From the NCBI RefSeq assembly GCF_009914755.1, contig NC_060930.1: 64,000 nt of DNA; one strand, given 5' to 3'. Positions within the stretch are counted from its first letter, which is position 1. Each line of letters opens with the position of its first letter. This document shows positions 29,457 through 45,728 of the stretch, piece after piece. The notes under the pieces were generated by a model. The model made no database searches. It saw nothing but the letters and a program-made list of their open reading frames with translations, and had not been told where the DNA came from. This DNA is from the human T2T-CHM13v2.0 reference genome, Homo sapiens. The translations under genes were made by a program, and so were the position numbers.

Positions 29457-30813
29457 ATAGTCTGCATCATTAAGCTTGAGTAACACATGATGCCTTTGCG
29501 CTTTATTTATTTTTAGAAGTTTACTTCATGGTATTGCATGGTGTTTAAAAGATGACTTTGGTATTAAAATTTGGTGTTATAAATCATTGTGTCCTTGTGA
29601 TGATGCAGGTAAAAAAAATTGCATTCATATAGTAGTTACAGTTCGGAAAAGGCCTTCTCTTATATTTTCTCATTAGGGTTTTACCATGACCTTATCAGAT
29701 AGACAGGGCAGGCATGTTATCCTTGAGAGAACAAAGTATGGCACATACGAATTTTGCCAAGACCAAATAATTCCTAAACTATTGTCTGCTATGCTTCCTA
29801 AAAGTCACTTCAATTATGTGGGTACAGTCTCAAGATAAAGACGAAGAACCGGAAAGAGGTAAGCAACCTCCTTATGACACATCCTCACACCTCCATGTCC
29901 TTAGGTTTGAAGCAGACACCCCAAGAATGCTTCTGTTTGAATGGCAAATGTTTTCATAGGTAGTGAAGATCTGTGTCTGTTAGAATTCAGACTCTGGTAC
30001 TTTGATGTCTAAGGCCTTCCTACAGAAAACCTTTGCAAAACTTTGTTGATCTCTTGACCAACCACTGATCTATTAACAGTTTTTCTAGAGGAGGGGAATA
30101 GAAGGGAAGAAAGATTGGAATAAATTTACACAAAAGTATTATATATTTGTCAGTTTACTTCTTTACTATTTTTTCTGTATTGCATGCATACTAAGCTGAC
30201 TTCACACCGGGAGTATAGACTGCTCTGAATGACTTCTGACCTTTCATAGTCACCTATGGTAGCATCATGAGTACATGCTTTTCACAACATGCACTCATGA
30301 TCTTTGTTCTGTAGCACCTTTATATGAATAGTGACATTTTGAGGTCTTTAGAGAATATCATTTTCTTCTACGTTTTTTACTTGGTTAAAGGCATACTTTT
30401 ACTGTTGTAATTGAATTTTGTATACCTAGAAGTCAAAGAGCATCTCTTGAAAGCCAACCAGAAATTTTAACAGACACGTTCAATATCTGAACCGTGGTCC
30501 TGTTTGGTCCATGAAGATCGGCCACACTTGTCTCTGCTAGTTTTGAAATTCCGTGTTCTGCTCTCTGTGTTTTGGCATTTGCATTGCTCGGCAGTGATGG
30601 TCTATATTCTGTGTGTATGATAACTTTTCTTCTCCATGTTCTATCATGGTACAATCTTTTGGGAGACATTTGAAGAATTACCAAATTTAAAATTTATGTT
30701 CCATTTAAGCAATATCCCAGGTTACTCCTCTGTTTAGAAATAGGCAAGGATGTTTTTTGTCATTTGATTTTAGAGTTTGGTTTATATATTCATCGTAACT
30801 TCAGAATCCTTAG

Positions 30814-31148
<335 letters not shown>

Positions 31149-31599
31149 TAATAAACATATATTCTTTTCTTCCCCCTTCATCCCTCCCTCCTTACTAAAA
31201 CAGGAAGATTTCCTCAGGCAAGCACAGGAGGCTGCTGTTGGAGTCTCCAGGAACAATCCCAGACTGAACTATTGCTTTAATTTTTGACAGAATTCACAAA
31301 ATCTTACCTATTTTACAGACAGAATATAATTGTCCCAGGAGAGAAAAGGGTAAAAACACATTTTCCAGAATTTTTAGTTTGATACTGCACTCTGAACCAT
31401 TCACAGAGATCGGGAACACAGGAATAAGCAGAGTTCAGATTTGCACATTTGAGTCATGGTATGAGTACCCGAGACGATGTGAGATGTAGAAGTTTTGAGC
31501 TCAGCAGAATGAGCTAAACTACAGTAGGAGATTGTTGAGACCACAGGGCGAACCACTGAAGTAGGTCACATAGACCAGATGTGTAAGAATAGAAAACCT

Positions 31600-33020
31600 A
31601 ATTGACCCTGTACCATTTATTGAAAATACTATCTTTTTCTCATGTGCTTTAGTGGCAACTTTCTCATAAATTAGGTGACTATATATGTGTGAGTCCATTT
31701 TTTGGATCTTCTGTTCCCTGGGTTAATTTTTCTCTTCTTGCACCAATACTCCACTGTCTTAATTCCTTCAGTTTTATAATAAGGCTTGATATCTGATGTG
31801 TAACCTCAAAATTGTTCTTGAGACTTTCTTGGCTATTAATGGCCCTTCACATTCCCATGTAAATTTTAAAATCAGTTTGTTTCCACAAAAAATAAAAACA
31901 AACTTGCTGGGCTTCTGATTGGAATTGCACTAAATCTAGAGATCAATTTGGGAAGGATTTACATCTCATCGATAATGAGGATTTCAGTTCAAGAAAGTGG
32001 TATTTACTTAGGCCTTCTTTAATAACTCTCAGTAATATAGTTTTTTGTATGTCTTGAACATTTTTATTATATTAATTTTAGGTATTGAAGTTTCTGATGC
32101 TGTTGTAAATGGTATTAATAGTTTTTTAAAAATTCAGTGCCAAATTGGTTTTTGCTCACATATAGCATACCATTGATTTTAATTTGTATCCAGCAACCTT
32201 GCAAATTTACATGTTAATTCGAATAGTTTTTCTGCATGGCCTTTTGGAATTTCTGTGAATATAATCTATAAATACTAGTTTTATTTTTTCCTTTTCAATT
32301 CTATTTTTTATTTCTCTTTTTCTTGCTTTATTGTGCTGGCTGGGACGTCCAGTACAATGTTGAAATTGTTCAGATTTCCATCAGATTTTTAAATCTCAGG
32401 TAAAGATTTAATATTTCATCATTAAGAATGATGATTGCTCTAAATATTTTTGTAGATAACTCTTCAGTAGATAGAGGAAATTCTTCTCTATTTCTAGTAT
32501 TCTAAGAGTTTTTTAACATTAGGAATGGGCATGGATTTATCAAATGTTTTTTTTTAATTTTGGGACAATCATATAATTTTTCTCCTTTATAATGTTATGT
32601 GTCTGCCATATTAAATGACTTTTAAATGTTAAACTAACCTCATATCCCTGGAACAAGTTCAACTTGTGCTTTATTATTCTTTTTATATAAGGCTGGATTC
32701 AAAGACCATATCTGATAACTTTGCTATCTGGATCACCTATGGGTCTATTTCCACTACCTGTTTGTTCCCTTGATTTTTCCTTGTTTGGTTTTATTTCCTG
32801 GCAAGACTGCTAATTTTCTATTTATGAAATTCTGGACATTAAGAAAAAAGTTCTAGATACTGTTATCTCCTTCCAGACTAGATTCAATGTTCTTCTGTAA
32901 GGCAGACAAAATATGGCCAAATCACCTTTTTCTTTTTGTTCCAGGTTAGGCAGGGTTTAAGGATGTATTAAGGCTTACCTGTTTATGGTTTTCCCTTTCT
33001 CCTAGAGTTTAGCCCTTTCA
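31600..33020 (-). mobile_element. Old L1ME-type fragment (antisense, approximate limits)
   Basis: tgattggaattgcactaaatctagagatcaatttggga, gtccagtacaatgttgaa, tttctagtattctaagagtttttt. Confidence 0.8.
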
Positions 33021-33035
33021 GCTAAAAGTCTAGGA

Positions 33036-33365
33036 TGCTGGGCACAGCGGCTCACATCTATAAATTCAGCACTTTGAGAGGCCAAGGTGGGAGGATTGCC
33101 TGAGCCTAGGAGTTCAGGACTGGCCTGGGAAACATAAAGAGACCCTGTCTCTACAAAAATAAAAATTAAAAAATTAGCCAGGCTGGTGGCTCATGCCTTT
33201 AGTCCCAGCTCCTCAGGAGGCTGAGGTAGGAGGATTGCTTGAGCCTGGGAGGTTGAGGCTGCAGTGAGCTATGATTGCACCACTGCGCTCTATGCTGGGC
33301 AACAAAGCAAGAACTTGTCTCAAAAAATTTTTTTTAATTTTAAAAATCTTAGAAAAATAAAAAAC
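33036..33365 (+). mobile_element. AluJ
   Basis: Complete diverged dimer; TSD aaaagtct. Confidence 0.92.
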
Positions 33366-35041
33366 CATAAAAGTCTGGAATGTTTACAAGAGCCCCTCTT
33401 CCTTGGTGGACTCTGTACTCGATTTTTTAGCTCCTCAGCACTGTGAGACTGCCAAACCCTCTGCTTTGCTTTTGAGCCTCTAAACAGTTTCTTTCTACTT
33501 GTTTTCTCAACTCCTCGTCCCATATAAACACAGCTTAATATCTGGTAAATACCTCAAGTGGAAATGTTGGAGTTCAAGGAGGCCAGGACTTGAAGAGCCA
33601 GAGTCCTAGAGGAAAGGGACTACACAGAAGTGACCCAGGCTTCTATGAGATCACTTTTATGAGCTCATTTCCATGCAGCCCCCTTTTTTTCTGGGACTTT
33701 AGCTCTTCTCACGCACTAGCTGCCTTGAATTTTGATTTTCTCCCCAGCTGGTGATACTGCGTAAAGCTCTAGGCCGCTACCAATTGCTGCTTGGTGTCTG
33801 TGCCTCGTACTAGAAATTATCAAATGCCCTGAAAGGAAAAGGCAGCAGCAAACACAAGGCTCACCTTAATGCATTTCCTTTCTCCCTGAGGTCTTGACCC
33901 ATCTAGTGTTGCCTTGCTTGGTTGCTCTAAGAGAACTTCAAACAAGTGTGTTTTTTAGTTAATTCAGTATTTTTTTTAGTGGGAATGTTAGTTTGATACA
34001 TCATGACCAGAAGCTTAAGTCTTTGAAGTATAGTGTGTTTTATCATTTTCATTTGGAAATCTTTTTAATGAATCCCGACAAATGTTGACATTTGATTCAG
34101 TAGTGAAATGGCATAGTCCTGGAAACAAGATCGGGACCCAATGTTGATCCATTTCCAGGATGGAGGAGAGTGGTTTCTTTAGAAAAACATTACCTATGGA
34201 CTGATTGCTCTATAAAATCTGTTGGATTTTCAGTGTTGCCTGCTGAAATGAAGACAAAAGTTCACCCTTTTTAGATACCTGAGACGGGTTTCTTTTTTGA
34301 AGAGAAGGGCAAATTTGAGAAAGCCAGGATGGGAGAACACTATATTATAGTTTGGGCAGAAGAAAACCAAAGCCTTTTATCCCTGTGCCCAGCCACACCT
34401 TTTTCTCTTTCTGTGTCTGGCTTTCACAGGCATGATCCTTAGGGACTCCTGAAATCTTACTGCTGACTTGATAATCTCTGGCTCCCTCTGTGTGGGCCTC
34501 GAGAGGCAAGCAGTGAGCTTTTCAGTATTTGTTCCTTTGCCCCTGAAAAAGGGATAATACAAGTGACCCATGGTTCAGGTTATGTAACTGGTTAGTTTCA
34601 TCTTCCTAGTCAAGGGCATATGACTTATACCTAGAACGGTCTACTTGGGGAGAAAAAAAAAAAAGACTGCTCAAGGAGCCATCAGACCTTCTTGTTCCTC
34701 AGCCTATGTTCTGTTCTTGGTAAGGCACAGGGTAGAAGAGAATGTTATAGAGAGGAATTAAAGTTATAAAGAATCATATACACTCAAAAGAATGCTAAAA
34801 CATTTTATGCTGGCGGGAAGAGCCAGTGGGTGGTGGGCAGGAGACGCTGTTCTTTGGGAACTGCTTATCTACTTGGTAAACATGAAGAGAAAAGAAAATA
34901 GGTTTTTATTTCTGGAAACTATGCCTTATATATTTATCATTCATGCCTCGAAACAGATCGCTTTGGTTACGTGTGTCTCCATACTATGTTGTCCAGCTTT
35001 GTGGGAGGCAGGCCATGCCGGTGGTTAAGATTACTTTGTAA

Positions 35042-35104
35042 CCCCATAAATAGGTACATCTACTATATATACCCATAAAAACTAAAAATAAAAAACTTTT
35101 TTAA
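35042..35104 (+). mobile_element. Extremely 5'-truncated L1MA 3' tip
   Basis: ccccataaataggtacatctactatatatacccataaaaactaaaaataaaaaa between perfect 15-bp TSDs aagattactttgtaa. Confidence 0.8.
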
Positions 35105-35260
35105 AAGATTACTTTGTAAAACATCTTTTTAAAAAAAAAAAATCAATAGCACTTTTACTGTTTCATTTCCCCACCTTGGACGGGAATGTGGAAATGTAGG
35201 GTTGGTGATGAGAACTAAAACATGTAATATTTGCATGTCACATGTTTAAAAGGTAGCGGG

Positions 35261-35572
35261 GGCTGGGTGCAGTGGCTCACGCCTGTGATCCCAGCACTTG
35301 GCGAGGCCGGGGCAGGCGGGTCATTTGAGGTCGGAAGCTTAAGACCAGCCTGACCAACAGGGTGAACCCCCGTCTCTACTAAAATACAAAACTTAGTCAG
35401 GCGTGGTGGCGTGCACCTGTAATCTCAGCTACTCAGGAGGCTGAGGCAGGAGAATCACTTGAACCCAGGAGGCGGAGGTTGCAGTGAGCCAAGATGACGC
35501 ACTCCAGCCTGGGTGACAGAGCAAGACTCTCTCTCAAAAATAAATAAACAGACAAACTAACTAAATAAAAAT
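35261..35572 (+). mobile_element. AluS
   Basis: Complete dimer with a (TAAA)-type tail. Confidence 0.93.
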
Positions 35573-35994
35573 AACAGGTGACAAACTCCGCACTTGATCA
35601 CTAGTGAAGATTAGAGTATACCCCAGTGTATGGAAGCATTGTTGTGTTTATGTGGCCAAAGAGAGCAGACTGGGTAGCCGTCAGTTTGTATAAAGTTTCC
35701 ATCCTCTTTCCCCCTCTTACCCTGCCTTGGACATATAGAACCAAGACTTCTAATAACACTGATACTTTGGACTCGATCTCACCTGCAGTTCTGTTTATTA
35801 GCCTAATTCGATGACACCCTGAGGGTCATGCCCATCCATAAGACACACTGACTTGTGGAGCAGCCTACATTTGGTTTGCACTGTTTTAGGGAGAGGAGCA
35901 AGAAATCTTGAGAGCAGATAGCTTTCAACTCTAAGTTCACAAAACAGGCACAGGTAGTCCTGCTCATATTTCATGGAGAGGTAGTCTGGCTTTA

Positions 35995-36183
35995 GGTCCT
36001 TGGCTCACAAAGTATGGTTCTTAGACCAGCAGCATCAGCATCACGTGGGAACCTGTTAGAAATGCAGATTCTCAGGCCCCTCCCCAAGCTTACTGAGTCA
36101 GAAGCCCTAGGGGTGAGGGGCAGCAATCCATGTGTTAAGCCCCCGCAGGGGATTCTGATGCAGGCTACACTTGAGAACCACTG
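35995..36183. mobile_element. MER5A hAT-Charlie element
   Basis: cagcagcatcagcatcac ... gaaatgcagattctcaggccc ... ttgagaaccactg. Confidence 0.85.
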
Positions 36184-36258
36184 ATAAAAGAGCACGTACA
36201 ACACATGAGCCAAACTGCCTGGGTTCAAATTCCAGCTCTGCCCTTGCTGGCTGTGTGA

Positions 36259-36579
<321 letters not shown>

Positions 36580-36864
36580 TAATCTCTTTGTGCCTCAGTT
36601 TCTTCATCTATAAACCTGTAACAGCATTAATAGTATTTACCTCTTACGGTTGTTGTGAGGCATTAATATATGTGAGAGTACCTAGAACAGTCGCATAGTA
36701 AACACCATGTTAAGGTTTGCTATGTTAATATTCTAACAGCAAAGTGATTTATATTGGTTTTTTAAAGACGAAATAGCCCCTACAGAATCAAGGTGCATTT
36801 GATATTTGAAACGTCTCTTCATACCATGCTAGCCATTGGGTGAAAATTGAGTAATATCAAAGAC

Positions 36865-36867
<3 letters not shown>

Positions 36868-36896
<29 letters not shown>
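36868..36896. repeat. Poly(A) tract, about 29 nt
   Basis: Uninterrupted A run. Confidence 0.95.
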
Positions 36897-36898
<2 letters not shown>

Positions 36899-37293
36899 CA
36901 AGTGTAGCCAAATAATGTTCATTCATCTTTGTTACTCAAATTTGTATGTGTACATGTATGCAGCAGTTTACTCTTTTTTGTAGTACTTTATTTTCAAATA
37001 TATGATGCCTTTTCTATCTTTCTAATGGTAAAAGTTTAAACATAATCTATACTGTACTTTACGTAAGGAAAAAGTAAAAAGCATGAGCTTGACTCCTTAA
37101 TTTTCTAAAATGAAAATGGATTTTTTTTACTTTCATTCTATTTGAAAAATGAATTTTTCTTATTGCAGAAAGTCAGTTCCTCCATGTATGAATGTTGTTT
37201 TGTATTTTAATGTAACATCAAGTCCAGACGTACAAATGCAAAGGAATGTGTTATGGAGAAATAAAGAACAAGACCACAGAATCACCTTACTGA

Positions 37294-37649
<356 letters not shown>

Positions 37650-38840
37650 TCAAGAGCATTTTTCTATCAAAATGGTTAGTAGTAAACACTGTTGTACTTT
37701 GACCCCGGCATTGTGACCTTGATGGGTGTGTGGTTTGTCAGGAAAGGGTCGAAGCCTGTCCACCAGGAGCTCAGGCACCTCCTGCCCTTGTCCGAGGGCA
37801 AAGGAGAGAAAGGCCTGCTGTATTTTGGCAATGGTGCTCTCTGTCAGCCCAGTGGTGTATCACTGATGTGAGCATGTGCCTTGGAGGCTGTGTGATGGGA
37901 GGGATATGCAGGGATAAATCTTGCCCACAAACACCAATTCTACTAGTCTTTATGAGTGGCTTTCTGATTCATCAACTCTAAAGCCAGGGTGAATTTTTGA
38001 AATTTTCCAGAAATATCTTACTAGCATATTAATTTGTTAAGAACCTCATTTGCCCAGGATGACCACAATGTGAGGAATATCACGCTCTGAGGTTGGAATA
38101 ACATTGAGAAGAGTAACACTGTTACATCCTTGAAGATTGGAAGCGTATTCATCATGCAAATGTAGGGTCTGAGTTAGTTGAGAACAAAATAGTCAATAAC
38201 TGCATTAAAAATTATCTTCCCTTGTTTCAAGATTTTCTTTCGTGGTTTGCCAACTTGAGAGTATGTCACCTCAATAGGAAGGTCCAAGTAATCTAGGCAT
38301 GGTGATGATTTTGGCCAGTCTCTAGGATTCTTTATCAGTGACACACATTTTAGGTGAGAACATCTCTTCTGAACTCTGCCAAAGTGAGATTTAGAAGGGA
38401 AAGCTTATTTTTCACGTGGCAAAATCAGATGCATCTTCTTCGAGGCTACACTTTTACAGTCCGCAGACTAGGAAGGCCATGTATCCCTGAGGAAACATTA
38501 GTACATGTGGGTCAGACCAGAACCGTTTTAGTGATTTGTCATCAACAGCATCTCTTCAATATCTGAGTTGTTGGAAGCTTTGAGGGTGAGCCCATAAAGT
38601 TGTGTCTTAAAGCTTCATTCCTTTTTCAAGTTCCTCTCCCTCGTGGTGTGAACATATTAGTGATGTTCTCATGCTGGGCGCAGCATATTCTGCTTGGAAG
38701 GAGCAGAGCAAGATTGGGAGGGTCACTGGGGCTCCACCACTGTGCCACCATCTACAGCTGACACCAGCCACCTCGGGCGCCTTCCTGCACGCACTCTCAT
38801 ACCTACCTGACCCTGATGGGGGAGGCCCACTGGTGATCGA

Positions 38841-39138
38841 TTTATTTATTTATTTAGACAGGGTCTCACTCTGTCGTCCAGGCTGGAGTGCAGAGGTGCG
38901 ATCATGGCTCACTGCAGCCTCCACTTCCCCGGACTCAGGTGATCCTCTCGCCTCAGCTTCCCGAGTAGTTGGGACTACAGGAGTACACTATCATGCCTGG
39001 CAAATTTTTGTATTTTTTTGTAGAGGTAGGGTTTCGCCATGTTTCCCAGGCTGGTCTCAAATTTCTGGCCTCCAGCAATCCTCCTGCCTCAGCCTCCCAA
39101 AGTTCTAGTATTACAGGCATGAGCCACCACACCCAGCC
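38841..39138 (-). mobile_element. AluJ
   Basis: Antisense diverged dimer with a (TTTA)n tail. Confidence 0.92.
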
Positions 39139-41796
39139 TTCCCAACCGGTGATTTTTAACCTGTGCCTGTCCTGTGTATCTTATTGTATTTTCTGTATCC
39201 AGCTGACTTTAGCATTTGTATGTGGTAGACTTTGGTCCCTTACTTTATTCTGAGCCCTTGGACAGTACTTTCAGCCTCTGCCCTGTCTGCTTCATGACTC
39301 TACTTTTTAGATATGTGACGGCTAAGGACCTGGGCCCTGATTAAATTCCATTTGCCCCACTTAACAGCCATGTGACCTTGAGACTCTCTCTGGGGGCTCA
39401 GCTGTAGAAGAGATGACATAGGTCCTGCCTTTTCTGGCTGTCCTGAGGAATAAAGGCTGTTGACACAGTCAATATTCGCTGTTCCTCTGTCCCACTTGGC
39501 CCAATCATCTTAAGTCCATGCTCTGCCTCACTTCCCTTCCAGAGGCCCCGAGCATCCTAGATCTAAACATTGAAGTCCAAGCCTTCCTCGCTGCCATAGG
39601 ACCACATAGAGTTTTCATCTTTCAAGGCTCGGCCACTAGACTGCACTTGTTGACCTCACAAGCTTCTTAAGCAGTGAGAACAGTCAGTGTTCTCATTGTA
39701 CGATTACAAAAGTGTGCCACAGAACAACGCAAATTCATGGGGCCCCAGAGTGACTCGGTAGCAGAGTCGGGATGGAAACTGGGCTCTCCACATCCACGAA
39801 TCTGCACTGACCCCGTAGGTGCAATTGCTTCATGTCATGATGGGTAATCCTCATCTTCCGCCTTTGCCCCAAGTTTAACTTTTGATTCATGTTCTCCCTC
39901 TTTAATTCATTCCTTCTCTTTCTGCTCTTCTCTGTTTTCCTCCTCCTCCTTGGATGATGTGCGTCTGCCTCATTCCCCACATTCTCTTGGACGAGGCTGC
40001 CATTTTCTTTATCACAGACCCTGATCTTTAAAAATAAAAGCTCATTCTGCCAGCTGTGCTACCCTCACGCTTTGAACTGTTATTTCTCTGTATCCTTATT
40101 ATAAGTCTTTAAAATGTAGGTGCCTAATCTAGTCATCAGAGGTAACTCGGCATGTGCTCACGGGCCCCGCCTTGAGGGCAGCCTTACCCCCGAGATTCCC
40201 ACTGGGTCTTGGTGCTAGAGAGTGCCAGCCACATTCTGCCCGTGACACCGATGTGTGCCGTGCTTCCTCTGGGACCGGGGCTACTTTCCCACAGTGCTGT
40301 CTGTACTGTCTGTGTTATTGCTGGATAAGGGTCTTCTGTGACCTTCCAGAACAGAATTGATGTCCTCTTACATCTGACTTCAAAGCCTTGGCCTTCCAGT
40401 CTCTGCTTGCTGTTTTCCATGGACACCCCCCGCACCCCCCGCAATCTCCCTGCTCACAGTTGTTACCTCAGTGATGGGGGGTAATTTGTCAACAGGGGAT
40501 GTGACACATCCACATCAGAGAGAGCTTTCAACTGGGCAGGCCAGAATGTGGCCTCCCGCAGACTCTGTTAAGCAGCTGAGTAAATGACTTTTAACTGTGC
40601 CTACTGTTTATACTTGGGAAAGACGACAATAGAGTTCCCTTCTCACTTTAAGTGGCCATGGAGGCAGGAGAAACTGTTCACTCCTCCTCTGAGAAATCTA
40701 ACCATTTGAACTTGATGTTTCACTGGCCTCGTAAGTATTTGATGGATTAAAGATGAAGTTCATTCATTCATCACAGGTCGTCTTTGGTAATCATCTCAAT
40801 GAGACAGTATGTTATTATGGAAAGCTCTTTGAATCCAAGACTAGGTCCTGTTTTTTCACTTGCTAGCTTGAGATCTTGACCACATATGACGGTAGCCTTG
40901 TGTCTGAGTCTCAGGTTCCCCAGCTGTAAGGTGGAGACCGTGACACTCTGCCTGGCTTTTAGGATTGGTGTAAGGACCAAACAAAGAGAAGTAGATGAAA
41001 GCACTTTGTAACTTATGTAAATGTATGCTTATCTTAAACTTAGTATTTAATTTTAGTCGTTTTTCTATCTCTGTAAGATATTGCAGCAAAATATTTCCAA
41101 TACCAGGAGCTTTGAGTCTTTCCATGGCCAAAATATAGCCCTCCCTGTCATGGGAATCCCAGGCCATCTCATTCTAGTGGCCATGGGATGGATACGCAGA
41201 TTCAGATTGTCCCTAAAGATGACCATCTCCTGGCACTGACCTATCATAAAATGCAGGTGAGCAGAAGGAGACCCTCACACCGTCATCCCACAGCCCCTTG
41301 ATTATGTTAGTTCAAAACTGTGAAAAAGTCAGTCTTTCCTGAAGGGCCTAATGGAAGGAATGGATTCTCTGACTTTGCCTCAAAGAACCCCAGCTGTAGC
41401 TCACCACTGTGCTGGGATGAACTTTAAAATCACTCAGCATCCACCCTCGGCTACACAGTCCATATGGGGAAGGACTGGGTACTCACTGCAGACCATTCAG
41501 AGGCCTTAATTAAAATAGTAGATGATTACTTAGGCATGCGATGTGGCTTCTTGTTTCTCCTTATTTCATAGGAACAAACGAGAAGATTTTCAGTCCCAAT
41601 TTCAAAACAAGAAAAAATGAGCAAAGCCCAGTTTATAAATGCTCATATGGATCCTGATTTTTATCTTTTCTCAATCCTGTTTCTCGCTGTCTCCTACTTT
41701 CCCTGTTTTTAGAGCTCATTAGCCATAAAGTAAGCTAGTCACTAATAGTATCATAAATAAATTTTTAAAACATAATAGAAGTATTAAAATGTAAAT

Positions 41797-41860
41797 GCCA
41801 CTGCACTACAGCCTAGGTGACAGAGTGAGACCCAGTCTCAAAAAAAAAAAAATAAAAAAG
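41797..41860 (+). mobile_element. Alu 3' tip (heavily truncated)
   Basis: gccactgcactacagcctaggtgacagagtgagacccagtctc followed by an A tail. Confidence 0.85.
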
Positions 41861-42138
41861 TTTTTTAAAAAATCATTTATTTGTAATTTATCCTAATTCG
41901 CAAAAAGATCTGTCATAAGCAGCACTAGCAAGATTTTTGGTAAAGTTGAGAGGGTCTGCCTGTGTCGGGGTGAAAGCTGATTTCTATGAAGCGCCTTATC
42001 AGATGTGCCTGTCTCTCCTAATTGTGTCATGCCTGTGTCCTGGGTGGTACCACGCCTTTCAGGGCTATGGCAAGTCACTGTGCTTGTGCCTCACAGGTAG
42101 ATGTGATCTGACTCGGGCATGTTTTATCCTGACGCTGA

Positions 42139-42426
<288 letters not shown>

Positions 42427-42977
42427 TGATAGAACCGTGGGCAACAGGCAAGTCCTCAGCTTCAGGATGGCCTCATTTACTGATCCCCCATGACTTGCAT
42501 TGAGAACCAAAACCTTTCCCGGAGGCCTCCTAGACAGGAATTGAAAACAGGCTTGGGCAACTTGGAGACAGGAGAGTGGTAATGTTTCCAAGAGGATGGC
42601 GATGGGAGGACAGCTTTTCTAGGCAGAGGCAGGTTGCGGGGGATGCAGCGAGTAAGAGAGAGGCAGGCGCATCTGTTTAAATCCTGACGGATGAACAGGT
42701 TTGCAGTACCCACTCCTCCTGCAGCATCAGAGCCAGCAGCTTGAGGTCCCCACTGCTGATCTGTCCACCAGGGAGGGCAGGGTAACTGCAGATTCATAAT
42801 CTAGCAGAAACAGGAGAGCCCAGGAGTTCACGCCACTCCTTCATGTGATTCTGAAACTTTGAAAGGAGTGCTTTGATTCTGCCAAAAGATGCCATCCCAT
42901 GGGTGCCAGGCAAGGTTTGGGGATACATGATCTTCTTCTTCACACTCATTCTTAAGGATTAGCACTTAGGAAACTAG

Positions 42978-43370
<393 letters not shown>

Positions 43371-43574
43371 TAGGTGTCATATGCATGATGGTACCTTGTA
43401 CAGTCGCAGAACATCTGCGTGGGTTCTGAGGGCCCTCAGCCTGGAACACTTGTTACCTGAAGACTCAGGCTGCCCGCATCATGACTGCCTGTTGATCCAG
43501 ACAAGCATCTTTCTGTTTGGTTACATTTCTCCAACTCTTTTTTAAATTCCCATCAAAACCCTGGGAGCACCTAG

Positions 43575-44053
<479 letters not shown>

Positions 44054-44492
44054 AGGGGTTCTGTCTTTAGGCATGGCTGGATCCATGGGCTCAGATGATA
44101 ATCAGGAATCTCTCTCTTTTTCTGTTTTTCTATTTTTCTTTGTTGGTGGAATTCTTAGTAAAACTATCTCTATATGGTGGCCAGGAAGGCAACCAGTGGT
44201 TCCAGGATTTTTGTTACCCTTGGCAACCTCAACCTCAGACAGAGCCCTTCTTCAGCAGAAATCCAGGGCACGACTCCGGTTGGCTTGGCTGGGGTTGCGT
44301 CCTCCAACCTGAAGCACACTGCTGGGTGGGGAGTGCTCTGATTGGCCAGACCTGAACTGTGTGCTCACCCGGGAGCTAAGGAATAAGGTGAGTCCCATTC
44401 TGCTCAGAACAGACACATTCAAAGGGCAAGAGAGAGAAACCAGCTCTGCTACCTGAGTGTCAGCTGAGTGGTCCTTCAGAAGTGTTCTCCCT

Positions 44493-44782
44493 GGCAGGGT
44501 GCAGTGGCTCATGCCTATAATCCTCACACTATGGGAGGCTGAGGCGGGCGGATTACTTGAGGTTGGGAGTTCGAGACCAGCCTGGCCAACGTGGTGAAAC
44601 CCCATCCCTACTAAAAATACAAAAAATTAGCTGGGTGTGGTGGCATGTGCCTGTAATCCCAGCTACTCGGGAGGCTGAAGCAGGAGAATCACTTGAACCC
44701 AGGAGGTGGAGGTTGCAGTGAGCCAAGATTAAGATTATGCCTGAGTGACAGAGCGAGACTCCATCGAAAAAAAAAAAAAAAA
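44493..44782 (+). mobile_element. AluS
   Basis: Sense dimer with A tail; TSD-like gttctccc. Confidence 0.93.
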
Positions 44783-45658
44783 GTTCTCCCCAGTGTGTTT
44801 TTAGGAAGTGGCATGGAAGTCCACCCATGGAAGCCCAGAGGAAGGGAGAGTGGATGTTCCCTCCCCACAGCCAGTCCCGTAGCTAGTTAGGATTGAATGG
44901 AAACCCAGACACTTCTGACTCTAATGCCAGTGCTTGCAAATTCTGGGGTCCTTTGGCTATTTAAATAGCTTGAGAATCAACCATAAAGGTGAAGATTGGC
45001 AGTGGGATTTGCAGCCAGAGAACTTGTTTCCCTGGTTGCTACCCTGTGATTTTGGACACATTTAATCTGTTTCAGCTTCCATTTACTCATCTGTAAGATG
45101 GGGATGATGAATGCCTTGCAGATTTGCTGGAATTAAATGAAAAGCATCAAAATCTGGCTCATAATAGCACTCAAAGATTATTTATATGCCATTGTAGGAA
45201 GTAGGTTCTCAGAGCATATGTTGGGATCCCTGGAAAACAAGTAAAATAATTCTGGAAGATGCATTAATTCTTCCAGGTAATTGTACAGAAATGTCATTTT
45301 TGGTGGCCAAACATGTTGGGAAGAGTTAATGCAACTTCCCAAAGTACCTATTTCTTCTTTGGGAAGCAGTGTCTCCATTTTGTGTTCCGACTTAAATCAA
45401 CCATCTATTTTACCAGTAACTTGGATGTGGAGCTTGAGGATCCACCGCCCAGTGTGATGTGACATTTTGCTTCTTGTCATCCTGGTGTTTCTCGGAAGCA
45501 TTGCTCACAGCATGGGTGTTCCTGTATTCACCACTAGAAACAGTCAGGGTTGGGGTTTTTGAAAAAGAGAAGAAATGCTTGCTTTCCTTTATTCACTTCA
45601 GAGGCAGCCTGCTGAACAGAGTTAATAATCTCAGTGTTTTCCTTCGGGCTATGATGAT

Positions 45659-45728
45659 GAAGTCTGCCAATGGTAGGCTTCAATTTATTAATGGAAGTCT
45701 GCCAATGGTAGGCTTCAATTTATTAATG
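45659..45728. repeat. Perfect 35-bp tandem duplication
   Basis: GAAGTCTGCCAATGGTAGGCTTCAATTTATTAATG x2 (45659-45693 and 45694-45728). Confidence 0.97.

Noticed and set aside
32921-32950. Pyrimidine tract plus CAG|GTTAGG resembling a recursive splice site
   Set aside because: The regenerated donor is weak and the site sits at the edge of a T-rich antisense L1, where such motifs are common.
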